Below, one piece after another: positions 57,407-64,000 of a stretch of DNA of 64,000 nt. Numbering within the stretch: the stretch's first letter is position 1; the number at the start of each line of letters is the position of its first letter. The position numbers and the translations under genes were made by a program. The DNA is from Octopus vulgaris (Eukaryota), in assembly GCA_951406725.2 (NCBI GenBank), contig OX597827.1, forward strand, positions 27,838,001 to 27,902,000, read 5' to 3'. The notes under the pieces are model-generated. The model saw nothing but the letters and a program-made list of their open reading frames with translations. It did no database searches and was not told the origin of the DNA.

Positions 57407-58071
57407 AATCATCATCATCATCATAATCATCATCACCATCGTCGTCATCATCATCATCATTATCATCATTATTGTTGTTGTTGTTGTTATTATTACTGCC
57501 GTTTAGGTGGTAAAGGCAGTGAGCTGGTAGAATCGTTACCGTGTCAGGCATAATGCTTAGTATCATTTCGTCCGTCTTTACGTCCTGAGTTCAAATTTCG
57601 CCGAGGTCGACTTTACTTTTCATCCTTTCGGGGGTCGATAAACTAAGTACTACTTGTGTACTGGTGTCAATGTAATCGACCATCCCCTCCCCACAAATTT
57701 CAGGCCTTGTGCCTTTAGTAGAAAGAATTATTATTATTATTATCATTATTAAAGCTTCTAGCTGGCACAATCGGTAGCATGCCGAGCAAAATGCTTAGCG
57801 ACATTTCGTCCGCCTTTACGATCTGAGTTCAAATATCACCGAGGTCGATTTTTGCCTGTCATCCTTTCGGGGTCGATTAAATAAGGACCAGCTGTACACT
57901 GAGGTCCATGTAACTGACTCATTCCCTCCCCACGAAATTGCTGCCCATCTGGTAAAATTTGTGAACCTTATTATTACTATTATTATTAATATTATTATTA
58001 TTATTATTACTGTTATTATTATTATTATTATTATTAGGTGGAGGAGGGGGAGGTGGTGGTGGTGGAGATCC

Positions 58072-58142
<71 letters not shown>

Positions 58143-58231
58143 TGCAAGCCGAAACAAATAAGCAAAGAAGCATAAAACACTTCCTGCCCCTAACATATAA
58201 TAAATATATAAAAATACAATGAAGAAATCTA

Positions 58232-58293
<62 letters not shown>

Positions 58294-58298
58294 AACAA

Positions 58299-58367
<69 letters not shown>

Positions 58368-59031
58368 GGTGTCTATTCGTATATGTATGTATCCGTAAAT
58401 ATATTTATACACGCACACACAAACGCATAAAAATATACAGACATTATATGTATATATGCATACAGTGATATATATATATATATATATATATACATATTCA
58501 AGCATATACATAACTACGTATGCGTATGTGTTTATACCCACCCACACACACACACACACAAACGCACACACACACACACATATATATATATGCATGTGAC
58601 ACCCAGTGTGAGTGTGTGTGCGTATCCCTTCTTCCTGGAGGCATGAATTAAGCGTATCACCGTTATTTTTTCATGTCAGTCGCGTAATTACACCGACAAT
58701 CTACATTGTCCATCCACTTCTGAAACTTCACCTCCCCTCTTCAAAATCTCATCCCATCTCTCCCTCCCTTCTCCTTTCTATCCCTGCTTTTATCCCTCTC
58801 TTTCTTTCTCTCCGTCTTTCTCCCTTTCATATATATATATATATATATATATATGCTTTTAGCATTTCTGAGCTCTAATACATGGCATTTAATATCAATT
58901 ACTTTGAATACTCAATACATACACATATCCATAATTACAGAGTACTCCAGTGACAGACGTCACCCTCCCTCTTGCCATTAACCCCGCTACACACAACCCA
59001 TATATCATTATATATTCATTCTGCTCATGTA

Positions 59032-59193
<162 letters not shown>

Positions 59194-59217
59194 TATGTAT
59201 ATATATGTGTGTGTGTG

Positions 59218-59258
<41 letters not shown>

Positions 59259-59305
59259 TATTTAATATATATATATAATATATATATAATATATATATAT
59301 AATAT

Positions 59306-59348
<43 letters not shown>

Positions 59349-59774
59349 ATATATATAATATATATATATATATATATACCAAAATGTAATCATTACACAC
59401 ACACGCACACTCACACACACATATATATGCACACATTTAGTAAAGGATTTCTTGTTGAGAGTGTATCTTTGTTCAGATTTCATACATCGGTTTACATGTG
59501 AAGCTATGTGAGCGTACGTATAGGTGTGTATGCGCATGCATACACACACACACATCTCACACTCTCATCGCTCTCTCTTTCTCTCACACATACACACACA
59601 CAGACGCACAGAGGCGCAAACATATATATATATATATATATATATATACATGTTTATATGTAAAATTACTTGACACGTGTTTTGTTTCAAATCCTCATGC
59701 CATCCCACCTCATCGCTTTATTAGTAGGAAAATTATTTGATTTAAGCATCTACTTCATATGAGAGAAACAGTTC

Positions 59775-59847
<73 letters not shown>

Positions 59848-60056
59848 TATATACACAATACAGATATACATACATTTACATATTTACGTGTGTGTCTATC
59901 CTTGTGTTTGTTTAAGTCTGTGAAACAAACTTAGCGGTTCGGCAAAATGGGCGTTACGTTGAAGGCGGTTTTATTTTTTGCTAAAACTTTCTAATTGGCG
60001 CTACACACTGGCAGCAATGCAATGATTGTAACAAGTAAACATTAGTAGTTATATAT

Positions 60057-60093
<37 letters not shown>

Positions 60094-60094
60094 T

Positions 60095-60605
60095 TTTACT
60101 CATTTACTAGTTTCAGTCATTTGATTCCGGCTATGCTGCAGCATCACCTTTAAACTATCGAATCGACCCCAGGATTTATTCTATCAATCTCTTTTGCTGA
60201 ACTGCTAAATTATGGTGACATAAGCACGCCAACATCGAAGCTATAGTGGGAGGACAAACACAGGCTTAAAAAGACACGCACCCATATATATATGACAGGC
60301 TTCTTCTAGTTTCCGTCTACCTCTCCTAAATCTACTCACAAGGCTTTAGCTGGCCTGAGGCTATAGTAGAAGACTCTTGCCCAAGGTACCACGCAGTGGG
60401 ACTGAACTTGGAACCATGAGGTTTGGAAGCAAGCTTTTTACCCCCCCCCCCCATATATGTACACATAACTTAGATATGTTTCGACTAAAGATTGGTCCAG
60501 GCCATGACTAACTTAATAGCACCACCTGATAGGATTATCTAAGTCATTTTTTATGCGAAGTTTTGTGGTACATTGGTCCATTCGAGTATATATATATATA
60601 TATAT

Positions 60606-60646
<41 letters not shown>

Positions 60647-60980
60647 TGTATATATATTCTTTCTTTTATTCTTTTTCTTGTTTCAGTCATTTGACTGCGT
60701 CCATGCTGGGACACCGTCTTTAGTCGAACAAATCGACCCCAGTACTTATTCTTTGTAAGTCAAGTACTTGTTTTTATCATTCTTTTGAGCCGAACCGCTA
60801 AGTTACGGGGACGTAAGTACACCACCTTCTGTTTTCAAGCGATGTTGGGGAGACAAACACAGACACACTCACAGATATACATACGACAGGCTCCTTTCAG
60901 TTTCCGTCAACCAAATCCACTCACAAGGCTTTGGTCAGTCCGTGGTTATAGTAGAAGACACTTGTCCAAGGTACCACGCA
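60095..60980 (-). mobile_element. Two SINE A copies flanking a CR1 3' end (60467-60575)
   Basis: SINE tails at 60095 and 60670; 60467-60540 is the reverse complement of the CR1 3' UTR at 8877-8947. Confidence 0.85.
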
Positions 60981-61094
60981 TATATACATATTTTAACACC
61001 TAATGCATATATGCATATATATGTGTGTGTAAATTTGTAACATAGCCGTCAATTGCAAGCAAGTACAACTTATGAATATTGTAGCCGGCGTGTA

Positions 61095-61300
61095 AGGCGG
61101 CGAACCGGCCGAACCGTTAGCACACCGGGCCAAATGCTTATCGCATTTGGTCAGGCTGTACATTCTGAGTTCAAATTCTGCGACGTCTGTTTTGCCTTTT
61201 ATTCTTTCAGGATCAGTGAAATAAGTTGAACATTGCATTCGCTGCAATCGACCCACCTCCCTTCTCCTAAATCGCTGTTCCTGTGTGAAGATTTAAAATT
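61095..61300 (+). mobile_element. SINE family B
   Basis: AAGGCGGCGAACCGGCCGAACCGTTAGCACACCGGGC head. Confidence 0.8.
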
Positions 61301-61423
61301 AATATTGTACTATCCTTTAGTCATGACTCAATGTTTGTTTAGAAATGCGGTCCACCAGTTTATGTGGCTTGACTAAACGCGATCCGTTTCTCGGAAAATG
61401 CTTCTTATATCAGATCGAAGTAG

Positions 61424-61725
61424 AGGCACATGGCCTAGTGGCTAGAGCAGCAGACTCACGGTCGAGGTATCGCGGGTTCGAATATCAGACCGCGCGATGT
61501 GTGTGCTTATGAGCAAAACATATAAGCACCACGCGGTTCCGGCAGAAGGTAATGGCGAAATTCTGGTGACTCTTTCGCCACAACTTTCTCTCACTTTTTC
61601 GTCCTGCATCTTGCAGCTCACCTGCGACGGACCGGCGTCCCGTCCAGGTGGGGAACCTATACGCCAAGGAAACCGGGAAACCGGCCCTTATGAGCCAGGC
61701 GTGGCTCGAGAAAGAACAAACAATA
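61424..61725 (+). mobile_element. tRNA-derived SINE
   Basis: TGGCCTAGTGG A box and GGTTCGAAT B box; tail GGAAACCGGGAAACCGG shared with 41195-41430. Confidence 0.8.
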
Positions 61726-62228
61726 TTTGATCGAAAGCTTGGATGTAAGAATTCAGCTCAACATAGAGATTTTTATTCCTCACAACATTGCTGTCCACTG
61801 AATAGCTAAACACTTCAATCGTACACGAGCTTTGATTCCTGTCTCATAAATATTACAGCCTGGTTCTGTTTGTAGAGCACATCCGTTTTTTTAAAGCTAT
61901 TCTACTAATATTCTTTAGTTCAATTTTTATTATGCATGTAAGAATTTATTCTGGTGCAGGTGTACCTTTGGTATGACCATCAGGACAATCTTTCTTGTGG
62001 ATATCATTGAAATTATTTTTGGCAACAATGTCGTATCCCATAAGAAGGTGGGGTACGTTACAGCCAACTCTAGGCGGTTCATGATGGTAATATGGATGAA
62101 CTTTCTACGCTAATATAGGACAACCGATATTGCGTATCACGAAGAGAAATTTTGAACACATCCTTACCTCATATTCATAAGGAATTCAAAAGAATGCAAC
62201 AATTATTCTTGAATAACGAAGTCGTATA

Positions 62229-62674
62229 CAGTGATCCCTCGTTTATCGCGGTAGAGTGGTTCCGAGACCGGCCGCGATAACTGAATTTCCGCGAAGTAGG
62301 GACACCATATTTACAGTATTTATTTAGCGTGTATTTGGACTTTTAAAACCCACCCATTACAGTAGTCTATTAATAACAAGGACAACTGTTGAGCAATAAC
62401 GCTTTAGATTTAAAAAAAAATTGTTACTGTTACACAGGCCAGATTACAAAATAGAAAGCTGCGAGTCGTCATCTCTCTCCATTGCACCAATCACTGCCCG
62501 TCTTAAGTTCAAATACCCCTGTATATGCTGTTTTGCTATTTTACGCTTGTTTTATTGTTTCTAGACTAGGAAATAGTATTTATTATTGATATTTTAAGGG
62601 ATTTAATGAAAAATTTTAGGCGTTCATATATATATATATATATAGTTGAACCGCGAAGTAGCGAGGGGTCACTG
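62229..62674. mobile_element. Tc1/mariner-pogo (Tigger-like) MITE
   Basis: TIRs CAGTGATCCCTCG / CGAGGGGTCACTG with TA on both sides. Confidence 0.85.
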
Positions 62675-62749
62675 TATTTGTAGGTAGGATATATCAACCA
62701 CTATTCCGGAAAACGCTATTCTTCTTTCCCATCTTGCTCATGTCTTTTA

Positions 62750-62960
62750 AGGCGTTGAGCTGGCAGAATCGTTAGCACGAAATGTTTCGCGGTACTTCGT
62801 CTGTTTTTATGTTCTGACTTCAAATTCTACCGAGGGTGACTTCACCTTTCATCCTTTCGGGGGTCTATAAAATAGATATTAGTTACGCACTAGGGTCGAT
62901 GTAATCGACTTACCCCGTGACTCGAAAATACCGGCCCTGTGCCAAAATTTGAGAGCAATA
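62750..62960 (+). mobile_element. SINE family B
   Basis: AAGGCGTTGAGCTGGCAGAATCGTTAGCACG...CATCCTTTCGGGG. Confidence 0.85.
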
Positions 62961-64000
62961 TTGCTCCTATCTTCTAACTTCTGAAATGCGTATCATTCTT
63001 GTTTTACGAATAGGACAAATGTTTTTCCCTAAAATTTCCCAAAAGTTCATTGTTTTTAAGACCAAGTTTTTATTGATACCACGAAAATAATATTCACTGC
63101 AAGAAAAAAATGAACCGTCCCCTATGATGACGTCATGTAAGAATATATTTAGGAGTTTTGAAACCTGCATAGAAGAATCCAAAGTAAAGGACTTTTGAGA
63201 AGTCCTTTCTTTCTTTATCCTTTTATTTTTCTTTCTTTCTTTTTCCTTTTTTTGTTTTTCCTCTCTTTCTTTCTCTCTCTCTTTCTCGCTTTCTTTCTTT
63301 CTTTATTTTTTCATTCTTTCTTTCTTCAAATCAAAACAGTTCCAGGGATTTGTGAAAATATGAGGGATTGAGTGTGCGTGTGTTTGAGTTTGTTTGTTTG
63401 CGTGTGTTTGTGTGTCTGTTTGTGTGCTTGTGTGTATGTGTGTGTGCATGCGTGTGCCCGTGTGTGTGTGTCTGTTCGTTTGTTTGTGTGTGTGTGTAAC
63501 TGTGTCCGTGTACGTTTATATATGGAGATGCATGAAAGAAATTTACTCACAATCACGTAATGAGTATATACGATGCTTTAGTATAAAAGCGTGTTTGTGT
63601 CATTACTCATCACGTATGTGTGTGTATGTCAAATGCACACGTGACTGTGAACATGTAAAAAAAAAAAGAAAATCTAAAATGAAGGCAATTCGGAACGTTT
63701 TACAAATCTTGCCCGTAACACCGAGCGATCTGATTTGAAGGATGTGAACCAGTTTGCTTTGTCCTTCTTTGGATAACCGCCAATATTTCCAAGCTTTTAT
63801 ACAAATCTGTTGCAACATATAGCTGTACCTTTTCTTGCTACACGTAAAAAGCTGTCACCGGGTTATAACAACTCCGTGTTCCACATTAATTCGCCATAGC
63901 TGTTATGTTTTGCTATAAAATTAGATGAGACATTAACATCAGAATCAGTATATATACACATATATATGTGTATATAATATGAGTGTCTTTCTCTCTCTCT

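Noticed and set aside
63727-63775. Hairpin as a pre-miRNA
   Set aside because: Many G-U pairs and bulges, and it matches no miRNA I recognise; small-RNA data would be needed.

Overview
AT-rich, microsatellite-saturated eukaryotic intergenic or intronic DNA. The repeat repertoire (tRNA-derived SINEs with internal (TA)n(TG)n, CR1, RTE, Dong/R4 and Penelope fragments) strongly suggests an octopus genome; this is an inference. I find no convincing host protein-coding exon. Almost all ORFs in the track are translations of simple repeats, and the real protein remnants belong to retroelements (Penelope-like RT/GIY-YIG, CR1, RTE, Dong/R4). The most striking signal is not in the ORF track: about a dozen minimal type-I hammerhead ribozyme (HHR) motifs from several unrelated repeat families. 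Several have intact cores, one pair shows a compensatory base-pair change, and most sit in Penelope-style direct or inverted repeats inserted into (TA)n tracts. One appears fused downstream of a tRNA-type Pol III head, giving a putative SINE-ribozyme hybrid. Also notable: (TAA)n-targeting retroposons, repeated 20-23 bp reiteration of retroposon 5' ends, a SINE/CR1 shared 3' tail, foldback MITEs, and islands of unique sequence that look regulatory. Coordinates were read by eye, so repeat boundaries are approximate.
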